64,000 nt of DNA from Gammaproteobacteria bacterium (GCA_035638775.1 DASQZJ010000012.1:70147-134146), one strand, 5' to 3'. Shown: positions 1 through 9,456, counted from the stretch's first letter. Translations and numbers: made by a program. The notes: generated by a model from the sequence alone, not told the origin.

Positions 1-636
1 AGTCGGGTCCTTGCGACCAACAAGCTGGTCCGGAACACCTACATCCTGCTGTCGCTGACCCTGATGTTCAGCGCCGCCACGGCGGGTCTGTCGATGATGC
101 TGGGCTGGGGGCAGCCGGGTCTGCTGCTGACCTTCGCGGGCTACTTCGGACTCCTTTTCCTGACCGAGCGCTTCCGCAACAGTGTCTGGGGGCTGGTGTT
201 CGTGTTCGCCCTCACCGGCTTCATGGGCCTGACCCTGGGGCCGATCATCGAGACCTACCTGAAGGTCTTCTCCAACGGCGGAGAGCTGGTCATGACCGCC
301 CTCGGCGGGACCGCCGTCATCTTCGTCGGGCTGTCCGCCTACGCCCTGCTCACGCGGAAGAACTTCAGCTTCATCGGCGGCTTCATCATGGTGGGCATCC
401 TGGTCGCCTTCCTCGCCGGGATCGCCGCCATGGTGTTCTCGATCCCGGGCCTCTCGCTGGCGGTGTCCGCCATGTTCGTCCTGCTCATGTCGGGCCTGAT
501 CCTGTACCAGACCAGCGAGATGGTGCATGGCGGGGAGACCAACTACATCACGGCGACCGTGACCCTTTACGTCGCGCTGTTCAACCTGTTCCTGAGCCTG
601 CTCGAGATCCTGGGCGCCTTCTCCGGGCGCCGTTGA
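1..636 (+). CDS. Bax inhibitor-1/YccA family inner-membrane protein (5' end upstream of window)
   Basis: Frame 1 is open from base 1 (SRVLATNKLVRNTYILLSLTLMFSAA...) to TGA 634-636. It has a multi-TM hydrophobic profile. The C-terminal YVALFNLFLSLLEILG motif is typical of BI-1/YccA proteins. Confidence 0.8.
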   Translation, partial: SRVLATNKLVRNTYILLSLTLMFSAATAGLSMMLGWGQPGLLLTFAGYFGLLFLTERFRNSVWGLVFVFALTGFMGLTLGPIIETYLKVFSNGGELVMTALGGTAVIFVGLSAYALLTRKNFSFIGGFIMVGILVAFLAGIAAMVFSIPGLSLAVSAMFVLLMSGLILYQTSEMVHGGETNYITATVTLYVALFNLFLSLLEILGAFSGRR

Positions 637-756
637 CGGGGCTGCTCCCGGGCGCCCGCAGGCCCGGTCGACGGCGCAGCGGGAAACGGTTTCTGCGACA
701 ATGACGGTCCCGATCCCGCCCGGGACCGGCGCAACGGCAGGGAAGCCGCCAGCGCA

Positions 757-3012
757 ATGGATGCAATCCGATCTTCGCGGGCAAGTCCCGCCAACGTTCG
801 GCCCCGGCGCGCTGCACCGTCCGGGCCCCGCGCCGGACGCTTCCGCCACGCAAGCCTTGTCTGCGCCCGGGCCCTCGCCCTCGCGCTGCTCCTGCCGGCG
901 GGGGTCGGCGCCGCCTTTCCGATGTCCAGCCGCGGCAGCCTCGCCGCCGGGCTTGCCCGGCTGCCGGAGACCCTGCACGCGATCGATGCGGTGGTGCATC
1001 CGTGCGCGGAGGCTGCGGCTCGGCCGGCGATGCTCTCCCGGGCACAAGCCGCATCAGGCCCCCGTCGACAGGCTACGGAGGCGCTCTGCGGGCTGCTGCG
1101 GTCACCGCCCGGGGGGTTGGCTCACCGGCCAAGGCACGCTCCCGACCCGGTCGTGTCCGGAGCGCTGCGCACGCGGGGACCGCCCCTGTGGGAGGGCGTG
1201 CGGAAGCTTCTGCGCGCGCCGCCCGGAAACCGCCTTCCCGCGATGCCGGAGCTCGTCGCATTCAGCGGAGCCCGGACGCTGGCCGGCAGCCGAGGCATCA
1301 TCCTGGGCGTGCTCACCCTCGCCGCGGTTCTGCTTGCACTGGCACCGGCCTGGCGCCTGTTGCGCGGCCGGGCTCGCGCCAGTGAGGGGGCACTCGCCCC
1401 GGCGCTGCTCGCGGAACTCGGCACCACCCTTCCCCTGCTCGCCGGCCTGACCGCGGGCCTGACGTGGCTGTGGCTCAGCCATGCTCCCGGGCCCCCGGAG
1501 GGGATCGAGTGGCTTCTGGCAGGGTCGCTCTGCTACGTCGCGGGACACATTCTCATCCGGGGCGTATTCGCTCCCCCGTACGGCCTGCACCTGGCGCTCC
1601 CCCTGGACCGGTCTCTCGGGCACACGCTGGCCCGCGGAGCGCAGGCGGCGCTGGCGCTCGCCCTGATTACCGCACTCGTCGGGCTGACGCCCCCGTTGCG
1701 GCAGCCGGAAGGGTTCTACCTGACCCTGCGCGGAATCCTGGTGACCCTGCTCTCCCTGGCCCTGGCGCGCCTCCTCTTCCTGCTGGGCCGCGTGCCGAGC
1801 CAGCCGTCGGGTGCGGGCCTGGTGCGCCGCGCGACCATCGCGACCCTGGCAGGCACGGTCCTGATGGAATGGCTCGGATACCGGGAAGCCGCCGCCTTTC
1901 TGCTGCGGGGCTCGGTCGGCACACTGCTCGGCGTATCGGGATTCTGGATTGTCGGGTACGGCTTGAAGGCCCTGCTCCACGAGCTGGAAACCGGTCACCG
2001 GCCCTGGCAGGCTCGGATCCGGCAAGCCCTCGGGATTCCGCCGGGAGAGCCGCTGCCCGGGATCCAGTGGCTGCGGGCCGCCATCTGGCTGGCTGCGTGG
2101 ATCGGCTTCGTACTGCTCCTGCTGGAGGTGTGGGGACTCCCCCACGCGGGCACGCTGGCCATCCTGCGAATGCTGAACGAGGGAATCCCGGTGGGCGGGA
2201 CGCGGGTGGTTCCGCTGCGGGTGATCGAGGGACTGGTGGCGTTCGCCGTGCTGCTGACGGCCACGCGCTGGGCGCGCGACCGGATCCAGCTGCGCCTGTC
2301 GGCCAGCGAGCGGCTTGACCGCGGTGCCCGTGAAGCAGCGGTCACGCTCGCCGGCTACGCCGGATTCACCGTCGCCGCCGTGGTCGCCCTCGGTCTCGCC
2401 GGCCTCGGCCTGGCCAACCTGGCCCTGATCGCGGGCGCACTCTCGGTCGGTATCGGTTTCGGTCTGCAGAATATCGTCAACAATTTCGTATCCGGACTGA
2501 TCCTGCTGTTCGAGCGTCCCATCCGGCCCGGCGACTACGTCACGGTCGGCACCGGGACGGAAGGCTTCGTACGGCGGATCAGCATCCGTTCCACCGAGAT
2601 CGAAACACTGGATCGTACCAATGTCGTCGTACCCAACTCGGAGCTGATTTCCGGACAGGTCACCAACTGGATGCTCAATGACCGCTTCGGTCGCATCATC
2701 GTCCGGATCGGGGTCGCCTACGGCAGCGACGTCCGCCTGGTCGAGCGGCTGCTCCTGAACATCGCCGAGGGTCATCCCGACATCATCAGCGAGGCCGATC
2801 TGCCGCCGCCGACGGTTTTCTTCCGCGGCTTCGGAGACAGCTCGCTGGACTTCGAGCTGCGCGCGACGATCCGGGATATCAGCCAGCGCTTCCGCGTCTC
2901 CAGCGAGGTCAACTTCGCCATCGATGCGGCCTTCCGCGAGCACGGGGTGCAAATCCCCTTCCCGCAGCGCGACCTGCACCTGCGCACCGTGCCGGACGAC
3001 TTTTCCCGCTGA
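757..3012 (+). CDS. Large MscS-family mechanosensitive channel (MscK/MscM-like)
   Basis: The C-terminal third carries the MscS core (LSVGIGFGLQNIVNNFVSGLILLFERPIRPGDYVTVG, FVRRISIRSTEIETLDRTNVVVPNSELISGQVTNW). The N-terminus has a signal-like LALALLLPAGVGAA and many TM segments. The exact start codon is uncertain. Confidence 0.8.
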   Translation: MDAIRSSRASPANVRPRRAAPSGPRAGRFRHASLVCARALALALLLPAGVGAAFPMSSRGSLAAGLARLPETLHAIDAVVHPCAEAAARPAMLSRAQAASGPRRQATEALCGLLRSPPGGLAHRPRHAPDPVVSGALRTRGPPLWEGVRKLLRAPPGNRLPAMPELVAFSGARTLAGSRGIILGVLTLAAVLLALAPAWRLLRGRARASEGALAPALLAELGTTLPLLAGLTAGLTWLWLSHAPGPPEGIEWLLAGSLCYVAGHILIRGVFAPPYGLHLALPLDRSLGHTLARGAQAALALALITALVGLTPPLRQPEGFYLTLRGILVTLLSLALARLLFLLGRVPSQPSGAGLVRRATIATLAGTVLMEWLGYREAAAFLLRGSVGTLLGVSGFWIVGYGLKALLHELETGHRPWQARIRQALGIPPGEPLPGIQWLRAAIWLAAWIGFVLLLLEVWGLPHAGTLAILRMLNEGIPVGGTRVVPLRVIEGLVAFAVLLTATRWARDRIQLRLSASERLDRGAREAAVTLAGYAGFTVAAVVALGLAGLGLANLALIAGALSVGIGFGLQNIVNNFVSGLILLFERPIRPGDYVTVGTGTEGFVRRISIRSTEIETLDRTNVVVPNSELISGQVTNWMLNDRFGRIIVRIGVAYGSDVRLVERLLLNIAEGHPDIISEADLPPPTVFFRGFGDSSLDFELRATIRDISQRFRVSSEVNFAIDAAFREHGVQIPFPQRDLHLRTVPDDFSR

Positions 3013-3027
3013 CAATGCGACCCGCCT

Positions 3028-4491
3028 TCAGGATACCGCGTGCAGCGGTGCCAGCCCCGATTCCCCGGGGTCCTTCTGGAAGCCCGTCCCCGCCCGCTCG
3101 GACATTTCTCCGAACCACGCGAGCCCTGGCCGCAGGCTCACCACTCCCCCCACGATGATCAGGGCCGGTGCCTGTATGCCCCGGTCGGCAACCCGATCCG
3201 GCAGGTCGCGGATGGTGCCCGTGATCGTCCGCTGCCCCGGCATGGTCCCCTGCTCGATCACCGCCGCAGGCGTCTGCCCGGCCATTCCGGCGGACCGCAG
3301 GCTCCGGCAGATTTCCTCCAGCCGACCCAGGCCCATGTAGAACACCAGCGTCTGGCCCGGGCGCGCCAGCGCCTGCCAGTCCAGGCCGTCCGACTCCCCC
3401 GCCCGATGCCCCGTGATGAACTGGCAGGCATGAGCATGGTCCCGGTGGGTCAGGGGAATCCCCGCATAGGTCGCGCAGCCTCCGGCGGCGGTGATGCCAG
3501 GGACCACCTGGAACGGGATCCCCTCGCCGCGCAGCGACTCGATCTCCTCCCCGCCGCGCCCGAACAGGAACGGGTCGCCGCCCTTCAGGCGGAGCACCCG
3601 CCGACCCTGCCGGGCCAGCTCCACCAGCAGGCCGTTGATCCTCTCCTGCGGCACGCTGTGCGCCCAGCGGGCCTTGCCCACGTAGATCCGCTCGGCGTCC
3701 CTGCGCACCAGGTCCAGCACCTCGCGGGAAACCAGCCGGTCGTAGAGGACGACGTCGGCCTGCTGCATCAGGCGCACCGCCCGGAGCGTCAGGAGGTCGG
3801 GGTCCCCCGGCCCGGCTCCGACCAGGTAGACCTCGCCCTGGCCGGGCTCGCCGTCGCATTCCGCCTGCCGTAGCGCGCGGTGCAGGGCCAGCCGCGCGGC
3901 GGCCTCGCGGCCCGCCAGCACGTGCTCGGCAGCAACGCCGTCCAGGACCCGCTCCCAGAACCGCAGGCGCTGCGCTCCCGAATGCAGCCGGCGGGCCACG
4001 CGCTCCCGGAACTCGCCGGCAATTTCCGCCACGCGTCCGTACCGGGCCGGCAACAGCGATTCCAGACGTTCCCGGAGCATCCGCGCCAGCAGCGGGGCCC
4101 GGCCCGCGCTGGAGATGGCGATCAGCAGCGGGGAGCGGTCGATTACGGCCGGGGTGATGTAAGTCGATGCCGCCGCATCGTCCACGGCGTTGACCGGGAT
4201 CCCGGCCCGTCGACAGGCGACGTAGACCCGCCGGTTGACCGCCCGGTCCCCGGTGGCTGCGACCACAAGGGCGCTGCCGCGCACCCGGGACCGCTCGAAG
4301 TCGGCACGCAGGTGCCGGACCCGCCCGCTGGCGGCCAGCGAGGCGAGCCCCGGGTGAAGCTGCGGCGCCATCACGACCACCCGGGCCCCGGCGCGCAGCA
4401 GCTGGCGCGACTTGCGTACGGCCACCGCTCCGCCGCCCACCACCAGGCAACGGCGTCCGCGGATGCGCAGGAAGATCGGGAAGTAGTCCAT
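3028..4491 (-). CDS. cysG: Siroheme synthase (precorrin-2 dehydrogenase/ferrochelatase + uroporphyrinogen-III methyltransferase)
   Basis: Start moved to ATG 4491 (MDYFPIFLRIRGRRCLVVGGGAVAVRK, Rossmann). It has the SUMT motif VYLVGAGPGDPDLLTLRA. The track ORF 3028..4677 runs upstream into cysH. Confidence 0.9.
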   Translation of the reverse strand: MDYFPIFLRIRGRRCLVVGGGAVAVRKSRQLLRAGARVVVMAPQLHPGLASLAASGRVRHLRADFERSRVRGSALVVAATGDRAVNRRVYVACRRAGIPVNAVDDAAASTYITPAVIDRSPLLIAISSAGRAPLLARMLRERLESLLPARYGRVAEIAGEFRERVARRLHSGAQRLRFWERVLDGVAAEHVLAGREAAARLALHRALRQAECDGEPGQGEVYLVGAGPGDPDLLTLRAVRLMQQADVVLYDRLVSREVLDLVRRDAERIYVGKARWAHSVPQERINGLLVELARQGRRVLRLKGGDPFLFGRGGEEIESLRGEGIPFQVVPGITAAGGCATYAGIPLTHRDHAHACQFITGHRAGESDGLDWQALARPGQTLVFYMGLGRLEEICRSLRSAGMAGQTPAAVIEQGTMPGQRTITGTIRDLPDRVADRGIQAPALIIVGGVVSLRPGLAWFGEMSERAGTGFQKDPGESGLAPLHAVS

Positions 4492-4493
4492 GC

Positions 4494-5201
4494 TCAGCCG
4501 GTCCTGCGTACGTGCAGACCGCACTCCTTGCTCGCGGGATCCTCCCACCACCAGCGGCCCGCGCGGATGTCCTCGCCGGCGGTGACGGCCCGGGTGCAGG
4601 GAGCGCAGCCGATGCTCGGATAGCCGCGATCGTGCAGCTCGTTGTACGGCACCCCGAAAGCGTGGATGTAGGCCCACACCTCCTGCTCGCTCCAGTCCAC
4701 CAGCGGGTTGAACTTCTCCAGCCCGTGGGCGGCGTCATGCTCCTGCACGGGGACATCGCTGCGCGTGACCGACTGCGCCCGCCGCAGGCCGGTGACCCAC
4801 GCCCGGCGCCCGGCGAGCGCACGCCGCAGCGGCTCCACCTTGCGGATGCCGCAGCAGGCCTTGCGCAGGTCCACGCTGCGGTAGAAGGCGTTGATCCCGT
4901 TCTCCCGCACGAAGCGCTCGATTGCGCCGGCATCGGGATACCAGGTCTCGATCTCGATCCCGTAGCGCTCGCGGACCTGCTGGTGCAGCCGGTGGGTTTC
5001 CTCGTTGAGCCGCCCCGTATCCAGCGTGAAGATCGCGATCCCGGGTGCATGGCGTCGCACCAGGTCGGTCAGGACCATGTCCTCGGCACCGAAGCTCGTG
5101 GCCAGGGCCGCGGGACTGTAGTCCCGCTCGACTTCCTGCAGGACGCGCGCCGCGTCGTCGATCCTGCGCCGAAGACCTGCATCGATATTGCTTTCCGTCA
5201 T
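4494..5201 (-). CDS. cysH: Assimilatory adenylyl-sulfate (APS)/PAPS reductase, Fe-S type
   Basis: Start moved to ATG 5201 (MTESNIDAGL...). It has a Cys pair KACCGIRK plus SIGCAPCT (CC...CXXC) and a C-terminal catalytic ECGLH. A 2-nt gap separates it from the cysG start. Confidence 0.9.
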   Translation of the reverse strand: MTESNIDAGLRRRIDDAARVLQEVERDYSPAALATSFGAEDMVLTDLVRRHAPGIAIFTLDTGRLNEETHRLHQQVRERYGIEIETWYPDAGAIERFVRENGINAFYRSVDLRKACCGIRKVEPLRRALAGRRAWVTGLRRAQSVTRSDVPVQEHDAAHGLEKFNPLVDWSEQEVWAYIHAFGVPYNELHDRGYPSIGCAPCTRAVTAGEDIRAGRWWWEDPASKECGLHVRRTG

Positions 5202-5205
5202 TCGC

Positions 5206-5991
5206 TCACCCCTGCATGAAAATCCCGATTCCGACCAGCATGAGCACGCCGGCGAGCGCCGGGCGCAGGAGCCGGTCCGGCATCCCCCTGCCGAGACGCG
5301 TGCCCAGGTACATGCCGGGCAGCGAACCCGCCAGCAGCGCGGCCAGGACAGCCGGTTCGACGTTACCCAGGGAGGCATGCCCCAGGCCGGCCACGAGGGC
5401 CAGCAGGACTGCGTGCGCAACGTCCGTCCCGACCACCTCGGCCGTTGTCAGGTCGGGATAGAGCCATACCAGGAACGCCGTACCGATGGCGCCGGCACCC
5501 ACCGAGGAAAGCGTGACCAGCACCCCGAGCAGCACGCCGAACGCGACCGTCACGGGCACGGCGCGCTCGGGGCGTCGCAGCCGCTCCAGCCATCCCGGGG
5601 CCCTCCCCGGGCGCCCCGCCAGCCCGCTTCTGAGCAGGATGCCGAGCCCCGTGGCGACCAGAGCCACGCTCAGCACGCCCGTGATCAGGTCCTGGGGCGG
5701 CCCGTTCCCGGTCGCCAGATGGCGCAGCGCGAGCACGGTGCCCAGCGCCGCGGGGACGCTGCCCGTGGCCAGTCGCCGCACGACCGGCCAGGCGACGGTA
5801 TCGTGCCGTCGGTGCAGCACGACACCGAAGGCCTTGGTAACGGTGGCGAACAGCAGGTCGGTCCCGACCGCGGCCGCCGGAGGCAGGCCGAGCCAGAAGA
5901 TCAGCATGGGCGTCATCATGGATCCGCCGCCGACGCCCGTCAGTCCGACCGCGAGTCCGACGGCCAAGCCTGCGATGCTAAAATCCAGCAT
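5206..5991 (-). CDS. TSUP (TauE/SafE) family anion permease
   Basis: Start moved to ATG 5991 (MLDFSIAGLAVGLAVGLTGVGGGSMMTPML), preceded by GGAG. It is polytopic, with a second Gly-rich repeat VTLSSVGAGAIGTAFL. A 4-nt gap separates it from cysH. Confidence 0.8.
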   Translation of the reverse strand: MLDFSIAGLAVGLAVGLTGVGGGSMMTPMLIFWLGLPPAAAVGTDLLFATVTKAFGVVLHRRHDTVAWPVVRRLATGSVPAALGTVLALRHLATGNGPPQDLITGVLSVALVATGLGILLRSGLAGRPGRAPGWLERLRRPERAVPVTVAFGVLLGVLVTLSSVGAGAIGTAFLVWLYPDLTTAEVVGTDVAHAVLLALVAGLGHASLGNVEPAVLAALLAGSLPGMYLGTRLGRGMPDRLLRPALAGVLMLVGIGIFMQG

Positions 5992-6039
5992 GTGGTGGGT
6001 CTCCGTGCCGTTCCTCCCGCCCCGGTGAGAACAAGCTAG

Positions 6040-6129
6040 CAACGGCTGTATAGACTGAAAAAGAATGTTTCCCTATATTTTTAGGCTCGGAATGCATAAC
6101 CCGCTCCTTGCGATACGGGAAGAGTCGCC
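6040..6129. promoter_or_regulatory. AT-rich divergent control region between the TSUP-cysH-cysG operon and cysB, with a candidate cysB sigma70 promoter
   Basis: The stretch is visibly AT-rich in a GC-rich genome. The candidate promoter is -35 TAGACT (6051-6056), a 17-nt spacer and -10 TATATT (6074-6079), about 50 nt upstream of the cysB ATG at 6130. Confidence 0.35.
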
Positions 6130-7110
6130 ATGAAACTCAGGCAGCTTCGCTACATCGCCGAGGTCGCAGACCGCAATCTGAACGTGACCGCGGCGGCCGA
6201 GGCGCTCTATACCTCCCAGCCGGGGGTGAGCAAGCAGGTTCGGCTGCTGGAAGACGAGCTCGGGGTGCAGATCTTCGAGCGCAACGGCAAGCACCTGACC
6301 AGCATTACGCCCGCCGGTCGCGCCATTCTCGACCTGGCCCGGCGGATCCTCCGGGACGCGGAGAATGTCGAGCGCGTGGCATCCGACTACCGCGACGAGA
6401 CCCGGGGCAACCTGCGCCTCGCCACCACGCACACGCAGGCCCGCTACGCGTTGCCCCAGGCCATCGCACGCTTCCGGGAGCGCTATCCCCGGGTTTCCCT
6501 GCACATCAACCAGGGCACCCCGATGCAGATTGCCGGTTGGGCTGCCCGGGGCGAGGTGGACTTCGCCATCGCGACCGAGGCGATGGAGCATTTCGAGGAC
6601 CTGGTGATGATGCCGTGCTACCACTGGAACCGCTGCGTCCTGGTGCCACCCGGCCATCCGCTCGCGAGCATCCGGCCGCTGACGCTGGAAGCGGTCGCGC
6701 AGTACCCGATCGTCACCTACGTGTTCGGCTTCACGGGCCGATCCCGGCTCGATCGGGCCTTCGGTGAACGCGGGCTGCAGCCGGATGTCGTGCTGACCGC
6801 GGTCGATTCCGACGTGATCAAGACCTACGTCCGCCTCGGTCTGGGGGTAGGCATTCTCGCCAACATGGCCTACGACGCCGAGCTCGACGCGGATCTCGTG
6901 GCGGCGGATGCCAGCCACCTGTTCGACCACAGCACCACGCGCATCGGCTTTCGCCGCGGCACCATGCTGCGGCGCTACATGTACGAGTTCATCCGTGGCT
7001 TCGCGCCCCACCTGACTCCCGAGATCGTCGACCGGGCCATGGCGGCGGAGACCCGCGAGGCCCGGGAGCGGCTGCTGGAACCGGTCGCCTCCCGATTGCC
7101 CACCCTGTAG
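6130..7110 (+). CDS. cysB: LysR-family transcriptional regulator of sulfur assimilation (CysB/Cbl type)
   Basis: The N-terminal wHTH LRQLRYIAEVADRNLNVTAAAEALYTSQPGVSKQVRLLEDELGVQIFERNGK closely follows the CysB pattern. The gene is divergent from cysH/cysG. Confidence 0.85.
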   Translation: MKLRQLRYIAEVADRNLNVTAAAEALYTSQPGVSKQVRLLEDELGVQIFERNGKHLTSITPAGRAILDLARRILRDAENVERVASDYRDETRGNLRLATTHTQARYALPQAIARFRERYPRVSLHINQGTPMQIAGWAARGEVDFAIATEAMEHFEDLVMMPCYHWNRCVLVPPGHPLASIRPLTLEAVAQYPIVTYVFGFTGRSRLDRAFGERGLQPDVVLTAVDSDVIKTYVRLGLGVGILANMAYDAELDADLVAADASHLFDHSTTRIGFRRGTMLRRYMYEFIRGFAPHLTPEIVDRAMAAETREARERLLEPVASRLPTL

Positions 7111-7122
7111 CCGCGCCCGGCA

Positions 7123-9456
7123 ATGCGGCCCGCGACGCTCACGGACGAGCATCATCCACGCCGGCTTTCGCCGCCGCTACCGGCGTTGTCGGGGGTGCTT
7201 CGCCGTTGCTGGCCGGTCCCGCTGCTGGCGATTGCGCTGCTGGGACAGGTCTGCGCGGCGCCCCGCATCACGGCCGTGCGTGCCAGCCAGCGCGGCCGGG
7301 ACGACGCCGAGTACGTGAGCCTGGTCGCAAGCCCGCACCGCAGCCTCGCGGGCTACAGCCTGATCGTGGTCGAGGGTGACCACGGCCGTGCCGGGCATAT
7401 CGACCGTCGCATCGACTTCACCGACCGCGACCGCGTCGGCGGCAACGGTCGTTTCCTGCTCGGGGTCTGCGCGGGCCTGCGCCGCCTGTATCACCTGCAG
7501 CCTGACCTGGCGCTGCCCGCAAACTATTTCGAGAACTCGTCGCTGACGCTTGCGCTGGTCCGCACCGTCACGCTGCCGACACGCGGCCTGGCCGGTGTCG
7601 CCGCCGTCAGCGCCCTCGCGCTGGACGATGGCGATCCGGGCGACCGCTTCTATTTCGGTGCCGCGCGGGTGGGTCCGGACGGCAAGTACTTCCCGCCGGG
7701 AGCCCGCCAGGTGCACGCGCATTGGCGCACGCTCCCGTTCCACGCGGGTCGCGAGCCGGCCCCCGCCGCCGGCGGACACGGTGGATGCCGCGCAACTCCG
7801 GTCTCGATCCCGGAGATCCAGGGCAAGGGCATGCGATCCCCCTACACGAGCCGGCCGGTCCGCGCCGGCGGCGTGGTCAGTGCCGTCGACCGACGGCGGT
7901 CCGGCTTCTGGCTTCAGGCGGTGCCGGGCGACGGCGACCCGGAGACCAGCGACGGAGTGTTCGTCCATGATCCGCACCTGCGCCATCGCGGCATCCGCAC
8001 CGGCGATCGGCTGGTGCTGACCGGGCGGGTGCGAGAGGCGCCCACCGGGCGCACTCCGCCTCGGACCGAGATCTTCCTGGTGCGCCGGATCCGCCGCCTC
8101 GAGCGCGGAGTGGCTTTGCCGGGGCCGGTACGACTGCAGCGCCTGCCCCGGAGCGCACGGCGTGATGCGATGAAGCACTGGGAGTCGCTCGAGGGCATGC
8201 GGGTGCGCGTTTCACACGGGATGGTCGTGGGACCCACCGACGCCCACGGCGACGCGGTCGTACTGGCCCCGGGCAACGTGCGCTCCGAGCCCGACCTCAC
8301 CGCGGCGACCGGCATCCTGCGCCTGCGCGCCACGGCGCCGGGCCGAGTGAGCTACCATCCCGAGCGCATCATGCTCTCCTCGCTGGGCTCCGCGCGGCCG
8401 CGGCCACTGCGCACCGGAGACCGGATGGCCCGCGCGACCGGCGTGGTCGACATCCGCTACGGAAGCTACCGCGTGCTGGTCACCGGAGTACGGGCGTCGC
8501 CCTCGCCGGTTCCGGCCGCGAGCCCCCTGCGAGCGCCCCGCACAGGCACCCTGGCCGTCGCGTCGATGAACCTCGAGAACCTTTTCCCTCCCGGAGCGCG
8601 TAGTTCCGCGGACGCCCATCCAGTGCGTCGCCGGGACTACGAACGACACCGGGACAAGCTGGTGTCCCTGTTCGCGGAAACTCTTCGTGCGCCGGCTCTG
8701 ATCGTGGTGACCGAGGCCGGGAGCGCGTCCGTGATCGAGGATCTCGCCGCGCGCCTGGGACGGCGCACCGGCCACCCCTACCACGCTGCCAGCCGGCCCA
8801 GCGGCGACCGCCGCGGCATCCGCGCGGGTTTCCTCTGGCGGGCGGACCGGATGCGCCGGGAGCATGTCGAGTCACTGTCCGCGCCCGGGCGTGATCCGCT
8901 GCTCGGCCGCTTCACCGTGGCGGGCCGGACGCTCACCGTGATCGCGGTGCACTTCCGGAGCAAGTACGCGGATGATCCCCTGTTCTGCGCCTGCATCCCG
9001 CGCCGACCGAGCGAGCGCCTGCGACGCCGCCAAGCGGCGCGGGTGCGCGAGCGGGTGTCCCGCGCGCTCCGGCGCAATTCGGGCGCGCTGCTGCTGGTGA
9101 CGGGGGATTTCAACGACTTCGCCTTTCGCGAGCCGCGCGAGGGCGGCCCCGACCCGGTAAGCCTGATCGCCAACGGACAGCCCCCGCGCCTGACGGATCT
9201 CACCGCGCGTGTCCCCGGGCCGCGGCGCTACAGCTACATCTACCGCGGCAATGCCCAGCTCATCGACCACATGCTGGCCAGCCCCGCGCTCGCCGGTCAA
9301 GCGACCCTGGTGCGCCTGCCGCACGTCAACGCCGCCTTCCCCGCCTCCCTGGCCCGCGACCCGCATACGGTGCGGAGAAGCTCGGATCACGACCCCATCG
9401 CCGCGCGCTTCCGCCTGCCTCCCGCCGCGAAACGTTCACCCCCGTCAACCCCTTAA
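7123..9456 (+). CDS. Secreted ExeM/NucH-like extracellular nuclease (lamin-tail-like + OB-like + endonuclease/exonuclease/phosphatase domains)
   Basis: The N-terminus is signal-like (PLLAIALLGQVCAAP). It carries the module IQGKGMRSPY...GFWLQAVPGDGDPETSDGVFV. The EEP fold motifs ASMNLENLF, VTGDFNDF and SSDHDPIAARF are present. ATG 7123 lies 12 nt after the cysB stop, and in-frame GTG 7195 is an alternative start. Confidence 0.75.
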   Translation: MRPATLTDEHHPRRLSPPLPALSGVLRRCWPVPLLAIALLGQVCAAPRITAVRASQRGRDDAEYVSLVASPHRSLAGYSLIVVEGDHGRAGHIDRRIDFTDRDRVGGNGRFLLGVCAGLRRLYHLQPDLALPANYFENSSLTLALVRTVTLPTRGLAGVAAVSALALDDGDPGDRFYFGAARVGPDGKYFPPGARQVHAHWRTLPFHAGREPAPAAGGHGGCRATPVSIPEIQGKGMRSPYTSRPVRAGGVVSAVDRRRSGFWLQAVPGDGDPETSDGVFVHDPHLRHRGIRTGDRLVLTGRVREAPTGRTPPRTEIFLVRRIRRLERGVALPGPVRLQRLPRSARRDAMKHWESLEGMRVRVSHGMVVGPTDAHGDAVVLAPGNVRSEPDLTAATGILRLRATAPGRVSYHPERIMLSSLGSARPRPLRTGDRMARATGVVDIRYGSYRVLVTGVRASPSPVPAASPLRAPRTGTLAVASMNLENLFPPGARSSADAHPVRRRDYERHRDKLVSLFAETLRAPALIVVTEAGSASVIEDLAARLGRRTGHPYHAASRPSGDRRGIRAGFLWRADRMRREHVESLSAPGRDPLLGRFTVAGRTLTVIAVHFRSKYADDPLFCACIPRRPSERLRRRQAARVRERVSRALRRNSGALLLVTGDFNDFAFREPREGGPDPVSLIANGQPPRLTDLTARVPGPRRYSYIYRGNAQLIDHMLASPALAGQATLVRLPHVNAAFPASLARDPHTVRRSSDHDPIAARFRLPPAAKRSPPSTP

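Noticed and set aside
1102-5050. Very long ORFs in other frames or strands over the MscS, cysG and cysH genes (1102..3015 minus, 637 aa; 2909..5050 minus, 713 aa).
   Set aside because: Their translations are Arg/Pro/Gly/Ala-dominated with no recognisable motif. They overlap genes that have clear family signatures. This is the typical stop-codon-poor shadow-ORF pattern of a high-GC genome.
7123-9456. A defence-system interpretation of the nuclease, the CYTH protein (60272-60769) or the DEDDy exonuclease (62121-62915).
   Set aside because: None is accompanied by typical defence partners such as methylases, helicases, NTPases, TIR/SIR2 domains, toxins or integrases. All sit inside conserved housekeeping synteny.
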